From: a virus
Taxonomy: Duplodnaviria; Caudoviricetes
IMG/VR virus record: IMGVR_UViG_3300002839_000006
Span: 1 to 64,000 of that record
DNA length: 64,000 bases
Reading direction: 5' to 3' (one strand)
Both the position numbers and the translations under genes were made by a program. The notes under the pieces were generated by a model. That model saw nothing but the letters and a program-made list of their open reading frames with translations. It made no database searches and had not been told where the DNA came from. Positions 28,345 through 37,028 of this stretch are shown here, one piece after another (within the stretch, counting starts at the first letter, position 1; every line of letters begins with the position of its first letter).

Positions 28345-28896
28345 TTACGATGCTAATACAGTTACTGTGACTACATAACTCTTAGCTGCACCATTTGTTC
28401 CAGTCAATGCATAAGTTACTGGACTTGTGAAGTTGTTTGCAGTAGAAGCTGATGTTTGAGTGTCATTACCTATTTTAACAGTTGTGTTGGCTGTCTTAGT
28501 AAACGTTGCTATCAATGATGCTGGATTAGTTCCAAAAGGTACACTCAATGTAATAGTGCCTGCAGCTTGATCAATTACAATTGCTGTTGCTGAAGGTAAT
28601 GTGAATGTCAATAACTGGATAGCAAGGTTATCTACAACTGCAGCTGCTCTGTCTGTGTAGGAAGTCAGTGTCAGGTTTAATGCTACTGCTTTTGCTTTGA
28701 ACAGAGTTACTGTTGATTCCAGATAATCATGGAATAATCCTATTGCTTGTCCTGCTGAAAGTAGTCCTGGAGTTACTACTCCTGCTACTTCTGATTTAAT
28801 CTCATTAATAAATAGGCGATCATTTGTACTGATGCCATTTGTCAAATAGGAAACTTTGAAGCTCTTGTCTATTGGACTAAATACGTATTGTTTCAT
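28345..28896 (-). CDS. Ig-like (DUF5018/cadherin-like) domain protein, head-decoration candidate
   Basis: ITLSVPFGTN..LIATFT...NNFTSPVTY..TGTNG..KSYVVTV. Confidence 0.65.
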   Translation of the reverse strand: MKQYVFSPIDKSFKVSYLTNGISTNDRLFINEIKSEVAGVVTPGLLSAGQAIGLFHDYLESTVTLFKAKAVALNLTLTSYTDRAAAVVDNLAIQLLTFTLPSATAIVIDQAAGTITLSVPFGTNPASLIATFTKTANTTVKIGNDTQTSASTANNFTSPVTYALTGTNGAAKSYVVTVTVLAS

Positions 28897-28937
28897 TGTT
28901 TATATGTCTTTTAAATTATTGGTTGCGGAATTATTCT

Positions 28938-29972
28938 TTACTCGTCTGAAATACCTTTATCAAAGCCCTCTTTCTCTAAATCTTCCCAACTTTTAAATAT
29001 AACAGGAGCACCTCTATTTGCTCTAAAATTTGCTCCGTCTTCATCCACACTTCTTACTTCATACTCTTTACCATCTTTATCAACAATAAAATCTCCAGCT
29101 TCAACATCGTCTAATTTATTGGTTGGATTTGTTTCTTTTTTATTTTCTACAGCATATAAATCATCATCGTCTCCAGAAGGAACTCTTCTCTCATCTTTTT
29201 TATCTTCTTTCTTAGTCCCAAACTTCTGCCCTACTCTCCCCAACTTCATATTCTCAGGAGTGTTCATGTAGGTTCCGCCTCTTGACTTCTGGATCTCTCC
29301 CTCCTTTGGTTCATCCCAAAGTATCTGAGCAGCCCTTACAAACATAAAGTCTTCTTGTAGATGACCCCCTGCATTAGCTGAGATAACTTTAATAGGTGAG
29401 AAAGATTTGATTTCATCAGCTACTGCCTTCATGATCTTATCTTTGTTCATAGCTTTATTATTATAGCCATGTTTTGCGTTAAAATTCTTCACATTAGCGC
29501 TATGCTCTTCAGATAATGCATCAAGCTCTTTTCTAAGAAGAACTTTCTTAGATTCTTCTGGTTCTGCTTTGATCTTATCTAAAACAACTCTTCTTTTTGC
29601 TTCGTGTTCTGTATTCAGCTTCTCGCCTTCACTAGCGTACTTGTCTCTATCACTTACTGCATCAAGTTCATCTTTATCTTTAGTCTTATTAGCTTTTACT
29701 TCAACCCAATCTTTATGGGAATTTCCTGTCTCAGACACTTTTCGCCAGATCACTCCCGAAGGCGAAGTGTGAATAGTTCCAATAGGGGATTTCTTGCCCT
29801 TTTCGATATCATTATCCAAACTCTTTGTGATCTCGTTCATGTTCTCCTCAGCAAATAGCTTTACTTGTTCGTAGGTGAATGCTTCTACCTCATTGAGTTT
29901 GATCTTTCTGTCAAGATCGTCTTTATGGATTGTTTCCATTAAATTGTCTGTTATTGAATTAACAAAATACAT
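28938..29972 (-). CDS. Putative internal head (cargo) protein, modular
   Basis: ITKS, IEKG, IMKA and IQKS motifs; GKKSPIGTI..W and SRGGTYMNTPENMKLGRVGQ modules. Confidence 0.5.
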   Translation of the reverse strand: MYFVNSITDNLMETIHKDDLDRKIKLNEVEAFTYEQVKLFAEENMNEITKSLDNDIEKGKKSPIGTIHTSPSGVIWRKVSETGNSHKDWVEVKANKTKDKDELDAVSDRDKYASEGEKLNTEHEAKRRVVLDKIKAEPEESKKVLLRKELDALSEEHSANVKNFNAKHGYNNKAMNKDKIMKAVADEIKSFSPIKVISANAGGHLQEDFMFVRAAQILWDEPKEGEIQKSRGGTYMNTPENMKLGRVGQKFGTKKEDKKDERRVPSGDDDDLYAVENKKETNPTNKLDDVEAGDFIVDKDGKEYEVRSVDEDGANFRANRGAPVIFKSWEDLEKEGFDKGISDE

Positions 29973-30022
29973 TTTGAGTTTATAAAATTAAATAAATTAA
30001 TTGTAAAAATAAAATTTATCAT

Positions 30023-30060
30023 AAAATAAAGAAAGGGAACCAATCCTTGACTGATTCCCC
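30023..30060 (-). terminator. Intrinsic terminator closing the tmRNA coding piece
   Basis: GGGAATCAGTC-AAG-GATTGGTTCCC followed by TTTCTTTATTTT. Confidence 0.75.
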
Positions 30061-30179
30061 ATTCCCGAATTTAAGCTACTGCTTTCAACTCTTGAAACAT
30101 TGGTATTGTTTTGCCTTTTATGGCCTAGCAACTTCTTTTTGTTATCCTCTCATATGCAATCGAAAATTCTTTATGCCCC
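30034..30179 (-). ncRNA. ssrA: tmRNA, permuted gene: coding piece (tRNA 5' end plus tag ORF)
   Basis: Begins GGGGCAT-AAAGAATTTTCGA-TTGCATATGAG; tag ORF 30115-30071 GGC..GCT TAA = GKTIPMFQELKAVA*. Confidence 0.85.
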
Positions 30180-30248
30180 TAGTATTAATTAATATTTGAG
30201 GGAAACAATCGTTAGTTAATCTTCCCTCGATCATGGCAACTGATCTCG

Positions 30249-30380
30249 TGGAGCATCTGGGATTCAAACCCAGGTCTTGCATTTAAGCCAATAATCTCAC
30301 TGCTAGTATTTTTAAATAACTTTAAGCAGATCCATCTTGGAAGCCTTTGCTTTCTCACTGTGTTGTGTGATACCTACTTA
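30249..30380 (-). ncRNA. ssrA: tmRNA, permuted gene: acceptor piece (5' boundary approximate)
   Basis: CTTAAATGCAA-GAC-CTGGG TTTGAAT CCCAG-ATGCTCC-A; pairs with GGGGCAT including G3.U70 (Ala identity); CCA not encoded. Confidence 0.85.
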
Positions 30381-30385
30381 ATGTG

Positions 30386-30458
30386 TATAAGCAATAGGAC
30401 TCGAACCTATGATCTCTACATCCCAAATGTAGCGGGTTACCAACTCCCCTATGCCTAT
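30386..30458 (-). tRNA. tRNA-Pro(UGG)
   Basis: CTACA-TTTGGGA-TGTAG anticodon arm; ATAGG-TTCGAGT-CCTAT T arm; CCA not encoded. Confidence 0.88.
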
Positions 30459-30572
30459 ATTTGTAAATGGAGTAGCTGATTGCTATCGTTTGTTCTACTC
30501 CATTTATTTTTGTTCATAAATCCTGTGAATTAATTGTTCTTATTTATAAAAGCTAAACACTTTAAGAAGGCA

Positions 30573-30633
30573 TAAAATTAAATAAAATATCTTTCACTTT
30601 TATATTTTATTTAAAATTTATCCTTATTTATAA
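30573..30633 (-). promoter_or_regulatory. Bipartite promoter-like motif upstream of tRNA-Pro/tmRNA
   Basis: TTATAAATAAG (30623-30633) and TTTTATTTAATTTTA (core 30573-30580). Confidence 0.65.
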
Positions 30634-30638
30634 TAGTT

Positions 30639-31676
30639 TTAACTAAAGAATGGGTAGAAGCAGCCCTGTGACTTAGTTATTCCTCTTTCACCTACCCAAA
30701 TGTCTATAATCCAAAAACCTGTATGTGCTGAAATTCTCTTTGCCCTCATCCACTTACTTTGTTTTTCTATACACCCTGCACCGTAGCAATGTATGTTCCG
30801 TTCAAACACATATACTGCCTTGTGAACATGACCTAATAGTAGTAGACTTGGCTTCTCCCCACCTGTAAAACTTTCAACCACCTTTTGTATCCGGTAAGAT
30901 GTTGCGTAGGAGGAGCTATCCTCTCCATGCCATAATTTAATTATTGCTCTCCCACCCAGATTTATATCTCCTTCATCATGACCTAAAAAAGTAGCATTAG
31001 GTAACATCTCGCATATATCTTTTACGATCAATGCACCATTGGATTTTATAAACCATCTGTCGTGGTTGCCATCTATCATATAAATTTTACCATCCCACTT
31101 ACTGAAGATGTCTACTGCCTCTCTTCTTTGTTGGTCATAACCCAGTTGGTCTAACTCGTATATCTGACCAGGTCGATTTGACATACCCTCAGTTACATCT
31201 CCTGCATGGCATATGAAATCTACTTTCTCCTTCTTAAATTCTTCAAATGCTTGGAATAGTTCTTGTTTATTGAAATACTTGCTCCCTATATGTGTATCTG
31301 CAAGTAAACCTATCCTTATATGATCACCCTCAAAGTCTACCAGTGTAGCATTCTGCTTAGCTGTTATCCCTGTACCATTTGCTATTGACTGTAGCTCGGC
31401 AGGTGTATACATCTCTGATATCTTCTTCAGTAAAGGATGCTTGTCAAGACTAAATTGACTTTCTAACATCCCTGTTTCTACTTTCTCTTCTTGTTTCTCT
31501 CTTTTCTCTCTATCATCTGACCCATTACAACCTTGATAATATTGAATGAGTTTTCTTACTCCATTCAAAGTATCCCAAACATTAGGGTTCTCTTTAAATA
31601 TAAGTTTTGCTACTCCATTCTTACTTAAATCTGGATAATCTTTTAAATATTTCTTAATTATGTCTGATTTACTCAT
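30639..31676 (-). CDS. Calcineurin-like metallophosphoesterase with N-terminal HTH-like region
   Basis: DTH, GDVTEG, GNHD, WHG and GHVH motifs. Confidence 0.85.
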   Translation of the reverse strand: MSKSDIIKKYLKDYPDLSKNGVAKLIFKENPNVWDTLNGVRKLIQYYQGCNGSDDREKREKQEEKVETGMLESQFSLDKHPLLKKISEMYTPAELQSIANGTGITAKQNATLVDFEGDHIRIGLLADTHIGSKYFNKQELFQAFEEFKKEKVDFICHAGDVTEGMSNRPGQIYELDQLGYDQQRREAVDIFSKWDGKIYMIDGNHDRWFIKSNGALIVKDICEMLPNATFLGHDEGDINLGGRAIIKLWHGEDSSSYATSYRIQKVVESFTGGEKPSLLLLGHVHKAVYVFERNIHCYGAGCIEKQSKWMRAKRISAHTGFWIIDIWVGERGITKSQGCFYPFFS

Positions 31677-31785
31677 TACTTTTATTTAATAATCTATCGA
31701 AATAAACATGTCTAACAGTGTTAAATCTATTATTGGTATATTTATATTGATATACTCTTAACCTTTGTTAGACCTCATTAAAAAC

Positions 31786-31830
31786 AAAAAGAGATACAGT
31801 TACCATTGTCTATAGTCGCTGTATCTCTCT
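31786..31830 (-). terminator. Intrinsic terminator
   Basis: GAGATACAG...CTGTATCTC inverted repeat with TTTTTG tail on the minus strand. Confidence 0.65.
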
Positions 31831-31925
31831 TAATTACTTCAGTTTCTTCATCTATTGTTGGTCTATTCCCAAAATTGATTTTATAAAATTAAATAAAATT
31901 ATTACATAACCAAAATTATTTTTAT

Positions 31926-32192
31926 TTATAGCAACTCATTCCCTTTCTTACTTAGTTTCTCATTCAATACCCTTACTGCATTGTCGTCGCCGAATATCTC
32001 TTTAAATCTGTCAATCATAACTACGACAGTTTGTATTTGTTCGTAATGAGTGCATGAAGCAATATTTCTCTCAATATATTCAAATATACTTAATAGTGTT
32101 ACAACTGGTTTAATAGGTACGTTCACTTCATCGTAAATACTGTATCCTTCAGTTATATCTCCCTTAATATGAATTGTTATCTTATCATTCAT
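31926..32192 (-). CDS. Hypothetical protein
   Basis: ORF track; co-oriented and tightly packed. Confidence 0.55.
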   Translation of the reverse strand: MNDKITIHIKGDITEGYSIYDEVNVPIKPVVTLLSIFEYIERNIASCTHYEQIQTVVVMIDRFKEIFGDDNAVRVLNEKLSKKGNELL

Positions 32193-32324
32193 TATCTGCT
32201 CTTTTTATTTTGTTCATGTAACTCATCTTCTTTCTGTTTCTCTGCCATCTTAATAATGAACTCTTTCAACTCCCTATACTGTTTAATAGATAAACTGGAT
32301 ATAGTGGCTTGCCTGTCAGGTTTA

Positions 32325-32522
32325 CTAAATAATGCTGTCATCTTCTCCCTTTCTTTTTATTTCATCATCATTACTTACACTTATCAATAGGAATACAAAT
32401 ACCAGAAACATATAAATCCATACTATTTCCTTATCTGCACCCTGAAAATACAAATATACTTCCTTAATACAACAAAGTATTGCTAATGCTAAACTTATCC
32501 ATTTAATAATTATCCTTTTCAT
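32325..32522 (-). CDS. Small 2-TM membrane protein
   Basis: Two hydrophobic segments. Confidence 0.55.
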   Translation of the reverse strand: MKRIIIKWISLALAILCCIKEVYLYFQGADKEIVWIYMFLVFVFLLISVSNDDEIKRKGEDDSII

Positions 32523-32722
32523 CTCTTCACTCTCTTTCTTATTAGTGTTACTGGTTTATCCACATTTAACATAAATTCTTTATTCCAACAAGCGTTTGTC
32601 TTTTCATCCCTAATTAGGATAAACTTAGTCTCAGTCACAACCAGTAGTGAATTGTCTTTGCCTTCATATGTTTTTCCACCTGATAATTGAATATCAGCTA
32701 ATCTCCAGAACTTAGTCTTCAT
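32519..32722 (-). CDS. Hypothetical protein
   Basis: ATGA overlap with the next gene. Confidence 0.55.
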   Translation of the reverse strand: MKTKFWRLADIQLSGGKTYEGKDNSLLVVTETKFILIRDEKTNACWNKEFMLNVDKPVTLIRKRVKR

Positions 32723-32876
32723 ACTCTTCTCTTTCTTATTAACAAGTTAGATCTTTTTAGTGTACCACAATAAAGATAAAAACCTGACTTAGCGACAACC
32801 ATTGTACTATCATCTTTAGTGTAAACTTTGTTCCCATCAAGATTACACGTTAATATCAAATTCCAAAACTTAGTTT

Positions 32877-33119
32877 TCATGTTGTACCATTAAATAGTCG
32901 TTCCAAATCTTCATCCTCTTGATGTGGTTCATCCTTCTTTATTATTTCTTTAAAGATGTAAGAATGTTCATTGTGTTCACATCTTTTCATTCTCCCCGAT
33001 AGACTGCAAGTTGAGATTAAATAACCCTCATAATAACATCCAATACAAGAATCTATAATCTGTGTTGGAACTAATTCAAATGTCATAATTCCATCTTTCA
33101 CTATTTTATTCTTTTTCAT
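32877..33119 (-). CDS. Small Cys-rich protein
   Basis: SCIGCYY..C..C..YIFKE; similar to 39403..39606. Confidence 0.55.
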   Translation of the reverse strand: MKKNKIVKDGIMTFELVPTQIIDSCIGCYYEGYLISTCSLSGRMKRCEHNEHSYIFKEIIKKDEPHQEDEDLERLFNGTT

Positions 33120-33565
33120 CCTCTCTGTTCCTCCAACCGTTTTATAAATGCCTCGAAGTCCCTCTTTACTTTCCTTATAGCATTCTTTTCATTCAATGCC
33201 CAGATATATATAGCATTGGGATCATAGTCTGCCTTATGTGTTATTTCAGCTCCTAACCTTGCTTCTTTACTTTGATTTGGGTATAGGAATGGATTAATAT
33301 AGTTCTTGACCTTAGCTGCCTTTACAAAGGACATAGTTGCCTTAGATTTAATTGGCACCTGATATGCTGTCCAGTCGCTTGGATTCACCCCAAATAGGAT
33401 CAGTCCTGGTTTCTTTATGATGCTCTGCTTTAGGGTGTACTCTTTGTTCATCTCAGCTACAAGGTGTGTAGTGTAGTGATGAAGTACTGGTAATGGTGTC
33501 TCTAGTTCTAACATTTTCTTCTCTTTTATTTTAAGATCCAGTAATAAAGAAATGCAAATCCCCAT
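33116..33565 (-). CDS. Hypothetical protein
   Basis: ORF track; true start probably MLELET. Confidence 0.55.
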   Translation of the reverse strand: MGICISLLLDLKIKEKKMLELETPLPVLHHYTTHLVAEMNKEYTLKQSIIKKPGLILFGVNPSDWTAYQVPIKSKATMSFVKAAKVKNYINPFLYPNQSKEARLGAEITHKADYDPNAIYIWALNEKNAIRKVKRDFEAFIKRLEEQRG

Positions 33566-33837
33566 GCTACTAAGTATATAAATACATTAGATAGAATAGC
33601 AGTTAAAGATTCTTCAATTGCATCTTTGAACTCTTTGTTCTCTGTCTTTTTATAAGTGAACTTCAATAACTGCAGAATCAATACTACTCCTAGAATTTGA
33701 AGGAAGGAGAATTGTGTGATAAAATTCAATTGATAAAGTGTAGCAATTGAAATAATGATGTGAACTCCTAATAGGGTCACAAGTGCTGACAAAATTATTG
33801 TCAAAATAAATGCTGTTAATTGTCCTAATGATTTCAT
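33526..33837 (-). CDS. Membrane protein
   Basis: Three TM segments; preceded by promoter motif at 33866-33915. Confidence 0.6.
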   Translation of the reverse strand: MKSLGQLTAFILTIILSALVTLLGVHIIISIATLYQLNFITQFSFLQILGVVLILQLLKFTYKKTENKEFKDAIEESLTAILSNVFIYLVAWGFAFLYYWILK

Positions 33838-33929
33838 TTTCTCTTCTCTTTTTATTTTGAATGCTTAAAATTAAATATAATTCTGATACCTTTTATTTTT
33901 AGTGCTTATTTATAAACGTTTTAGTTAAC

Positions 33930-34166
33930 CTACATCCATCGGAATCCACAATCCTTACAAGTACAAGTCCCATAATTATCTTCTTTAGTACGATCACTCT
34001 TACACTCAGGACACTTTTGATTTTCCTCTTCCAATTTATATTCTCTCTTCTCTTTATCTTCCAAGTACCCATTCACTTGGCTTGTACTCAATTGAAATAA
34101 AGAACGATCATTTAGCCACCTTGTATAATCATCCAACAACTCCATTGCTTCTACTTTCTTTATCAT
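33930..34166 (-). CDS. Zn-ribbon protein
   Basis: CPEC...CKDC. Confidence 0.6.
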   Translation of the reverse strand: MIKKVEAMELLDDYTRWLNDRSLFQLSTSQVNGYLEDKEKREYKLEEENQKCPECKSDRTKEDNYGTCTCKDCGFRWM

Positions 34167-34318
34167 CTTGCTCTCTTTTTAGATTTACGTTTTGCTTTTA
34201 GTTTACTGAATGTTTCTTTGGCTTTGTTATGATTTACTTCAGCTTCCTTATCAGTCATACAAACTTGATTATCGTCTTTGTATCCTTTGGGACAGGTTAA
34301 TTTATATGACTTCATCTA

Positions 34319-35164
34319 TTATTCTCCTTTCTGATAGTCAACAAGTATAGATACACCACTTTGTCTTAATTCAATATACTTGTCAGTGATTACATAACTA
34401 AATGATAAGTGTCTATCAAAAATGTTTGTTATAATAGAAATTAACTTATTTTTTAGTTCTATTGTTTCATATAGAGACTTACAGCTGACTATGTCTTTAC
34501 CAAATATAAGTTTACTTCCATAATCTTTCACTGATATAACTTTCTGAATTTTATACAATGAAACAATGAATCCCTTTGCTTGAATATCACTGTCTGCTTT
34601 TTGGCTCTCCTTCTTCTCTTCTTTCTTGACACGATATTTACAACCGTCCCAACTCCAAAGTGGTGTATCAGTTATCCAATTATCTTCATCGTCAAAAGTC
34701 CATTCAATATTACTTTCACTTTTCAGTTTTCCATTCCAAGCTCTTTTAATAGTAAGTCTTCTTTGATATTCAGATTTATCTGGCAGCTCTTCTTCTTTTA
34801 CTCTGTAATCACATACATCCCATTCCCAACTAGGATAGCTTTGTCCTCCTACAAAATGATAATCTAACCACTCAATCTTTGTATGATGTAGGAATCTGAA
34901 TTCAATATTGCATTCTTTCCCTTTCTTTTTATTCCACTTCTCTTCAATCTTTCTTCTTCTGGTAAACTCTTCTACTGTCTGAGATACTTCCTCCTGCAGT
35001 TTATCTAATACCCTTTGAAATTGATCGTCGATAACACATTTACAATTCATTGAAAGATCAATAGGTGGCTGGCTATTCATTAATGCTTCTGCATACGAAT
35101 CCAGTTTGCTCTCTTCTTTCTCTTCTGTGATCTCAATGTTGATCCCTTTGTACTTTATTTTCAT
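34319..35164 (-). CDS. Hypothetical protein with duplicated W-rich module
   Basis: WNKK..IEF..WLD..PSWEWDVCDYRVK and WNGK..IEW..WIT..PLWSWDGCKYRVK. Confidence 0.6.
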   Translation of the reverse strand: MKIKYKGINIEITEEKEESKLDSYAEALMNSQPPIDLSMNCKCVIDDQFQRVLDKLQEEVSQTVEEFTRRRKIEEKWNKKKGKECNIEFRFLHHTKIEWLDYHFVGGQSYPSWEWDVCDYRVKEEELPDKSEYQRRLTIKRAWNGKLKSESNIEWTFDDEDNWITDTPLWSWDGCKYRVKKEEKKESQKADSDIQAKGFIVSLYKIQKVISVKDYGSKLIFGKDIVSCKSLYETIELKNKLISIITNIFDRHLSFSYVITDKYIELRQSGVSILVDYQKGE

Positions 35165-35167
35165 GGC

Positions 35168-35368
35168 TTATTTCTTTATAAAAATTGAATATCCTTTATC
35201 CCACCACTCATTCTCTCTGTAACTCCAAAACTTAATAGAAGGTACTGAATACCCTTCTTCAGTAACAATGTTATTGTCTTGCATTGTTATCCATTCATTA
35301 TCATCAAAGTTTTCATGTGTTATCTTTTTGCCTTGTTGCATAAGATAAATTGCTTGCTCTTTTGTCAT
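35168..35368 (-). CDS. Small conserved phage protein
   Basis: MTKEQAIYLMQQGKKITH..F..EW motif, recalled from many phages. Confidence 0.6.
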   Translation of the reverse strand: MTKEQAIYLMQQGKKITHENFDDNEWITMQDNNIVTEEGYSVPSIKFWSYRENEWWDKGYSIFIKK

Positions 35369-35457
35369 TTCATTTTCTCCTTTTTCTTTTGTCTTGTCCT
35401 ACAGGGAAAATCCTGACTCGGCGATTGATTATTAATTAGATACAGTTCTATTATATA

Positions 35458-35691
35458 TTAAGATTTTGGTAAATAGTATCGCCTTGAGAAGTAACCTGGA
35501 GTGTCAAATTCCATATTGTCACTATTTAAGAAACGAAATCCTTCGTATCCGTTGCACGTATGCAATACTTTTTGAATCATTTCACATATCCCTGCTTTAT
35601 AATCCTTTGTTGCATCATCATCTGTTCTTTCAAGTTGTTTATTTGCGTAATCCAACAACAACTGCACTGAAACTGTTTTATTTGCTGCCAT
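35458..35691 (-). CDS. Hypothetical protein
   Basis: Preceded by promoter motif at 35717-35777. Confidence 0.6.
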   Translation of the reverse strand: MAANKTVSVQLLLDYANKQLERTDDDATKDYKAGICEMIQKVLHTCNGYEGFRFLNSDNMEFDTPGYFSRRYYLPKS

Positions 35692-35814
35692 GATATTCTT
35701 GTTTTAAATTATGGCTTAAAATTAATATAAAAACCATTACAAACTTAACTATTAATAAAAATAATCATAATTTATAATGGTTTTAAATAAGAAACATGGT
35801 TAACTCATTAATTA

Positions 35815-36984
35815 TCACTTAGTCTTCTTTCCCTCTTCTAATTCGCCTTGTATCATTTTAATTAATTGCTCCCGTTTAGTCTTGACCAACTCAGCTTGTT
35901 TGAATGGTATCTCCTCATATTCTACCAGGTCATCTGTCCTCTCTGCGGGTTTAGTTGATTGGTAGGTGCTTATCTCATTCCAGTCATAGTTCCTTATTAA
36001 ATCCATAGTCTGAGGTGGCTGACCATGATTATTTAGCTTCTTAAACCCATTAAAGTCCTTATAGAAACTATTGACCAGTGATGTCATTATCATATTGGGA
36101 TTCAGGTTCATCTTAGCTGCTACAAGATATACTGGTATCATATTAATAGGTATCTTCCTACTTATCTCTTGTATAGTTTGGCTTGCCTGTATAGAAGCAT
36201 TAATATCTATCTTACCATCTATAGTTAATAGGATCTGGTCACCCTTTATTTCTTTCCTTGCCTGTTCTACTATTGCCCTTATCTCCCTACTATAAGCTAA
36301 TAGGTCATCTTTTTTAATGTCTGGAAGGTTTGATATATCGGTGAATAGTTTTACGAACTTAGCATGTAGCATAGCTAATGTCTCCATACGTCCCGCATCT
36401 GTAGCCAAGTAATGGTTCTTACTACTGCTTATGAACTCTGTCCTCTTCTTTTCTATTATGTCTTTATTGCGTAGGAAGAACTTATATAATGCTTGTATAT
36501 CAGCCGAGTAACCCCAATCTAATACCTTCTGGTGTACCTCTTCATGTGTCATATACTTACCATACAAGTCGATAAGATCAGCCTGTCTCCACTCGTATAT
36601 GTTTTTACCAGCCCTTGGTCGGATGTATTGCAACCATTTAAATTTTAGTCTTGATTTTTGGAGTTTCCTATCCATCATAACCACACATATCTCCTTCAAT
36701 CTTACCAGGTCTGTCTCACATATATTTGCCTCCTTTGCTCGTTTAACGGGAACTCCATTAAGCATCATACAATCAATGTGTACTATTTCCTTATTCACCT
36801 GATTTATAAAGCTAAAATACCTGCTTTTATCCTCTACTATCAATTTACTGATCTCTAACCACTTGATATACACCTCTTTAATATCATCAGGTGCGTCCTT
36901 CATCTCCTCAGGAATTACCATAATAATCCCCTCGCTCCCATTAACTGTGTCAAATTCTTCCTTCTCTATATCTTCTATACTCAT
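35815..36984 (-). CDS. Helical protein, possible terminase small subunit
   Basis: RMETLAMLH...IRAIVEQARKEIKG...IDGKIDINAS resembles TerS oligomerisation regions; weak. Confidence 0.35.
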   Translation of the reverse strand: MSIEDIEKEEFDTVNGSEGIIMVIPEEMKDAPDDIKEVYIKWLEISKLIVEDKSRYFSFINQVNKEIVHIDCMMLNGVPVKRAKEANICETDLVRLKEICVVMMDRKLQKSRLKFKWLQYIRPRAGKNIYEWRQADLIDLYGKYMTHEEVHQKVLDWGYSADIQALYKFFLRNKDIIEKKRTEFISSSKNHYLATDAGRMETLAMLHAKFVKLFTDISNLPDIKKDDLLAYSREIRAIVEQARKEIKGDQILLTIDGKIDINASIQASQTIQEISRKIPINMIPVYLVAAKMNLNPNMIMTSLVNSFYKDFNGFKKLNNHGQPPQTMDLIRNYDWNEISTYQSTKPAERTDDLVEYEEIPFKQAELVKTKREQLIKMIQGELEEGKKTK

Positions 36985-37028
36985 CTATTATGTTTTTGAC
37001 TTAGTTTATTGTGTTTTAGTTTACCCTT

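Noticed and set aside
30247-30290. An ordinary tRNA or tRNA pseudogene at the T-arm-like sequence
   Set aside because: There is no D arm or anticodon arm upstream. The pairing partner GGGGCAT lies downstream, which fits a permuted tmRNA instead.
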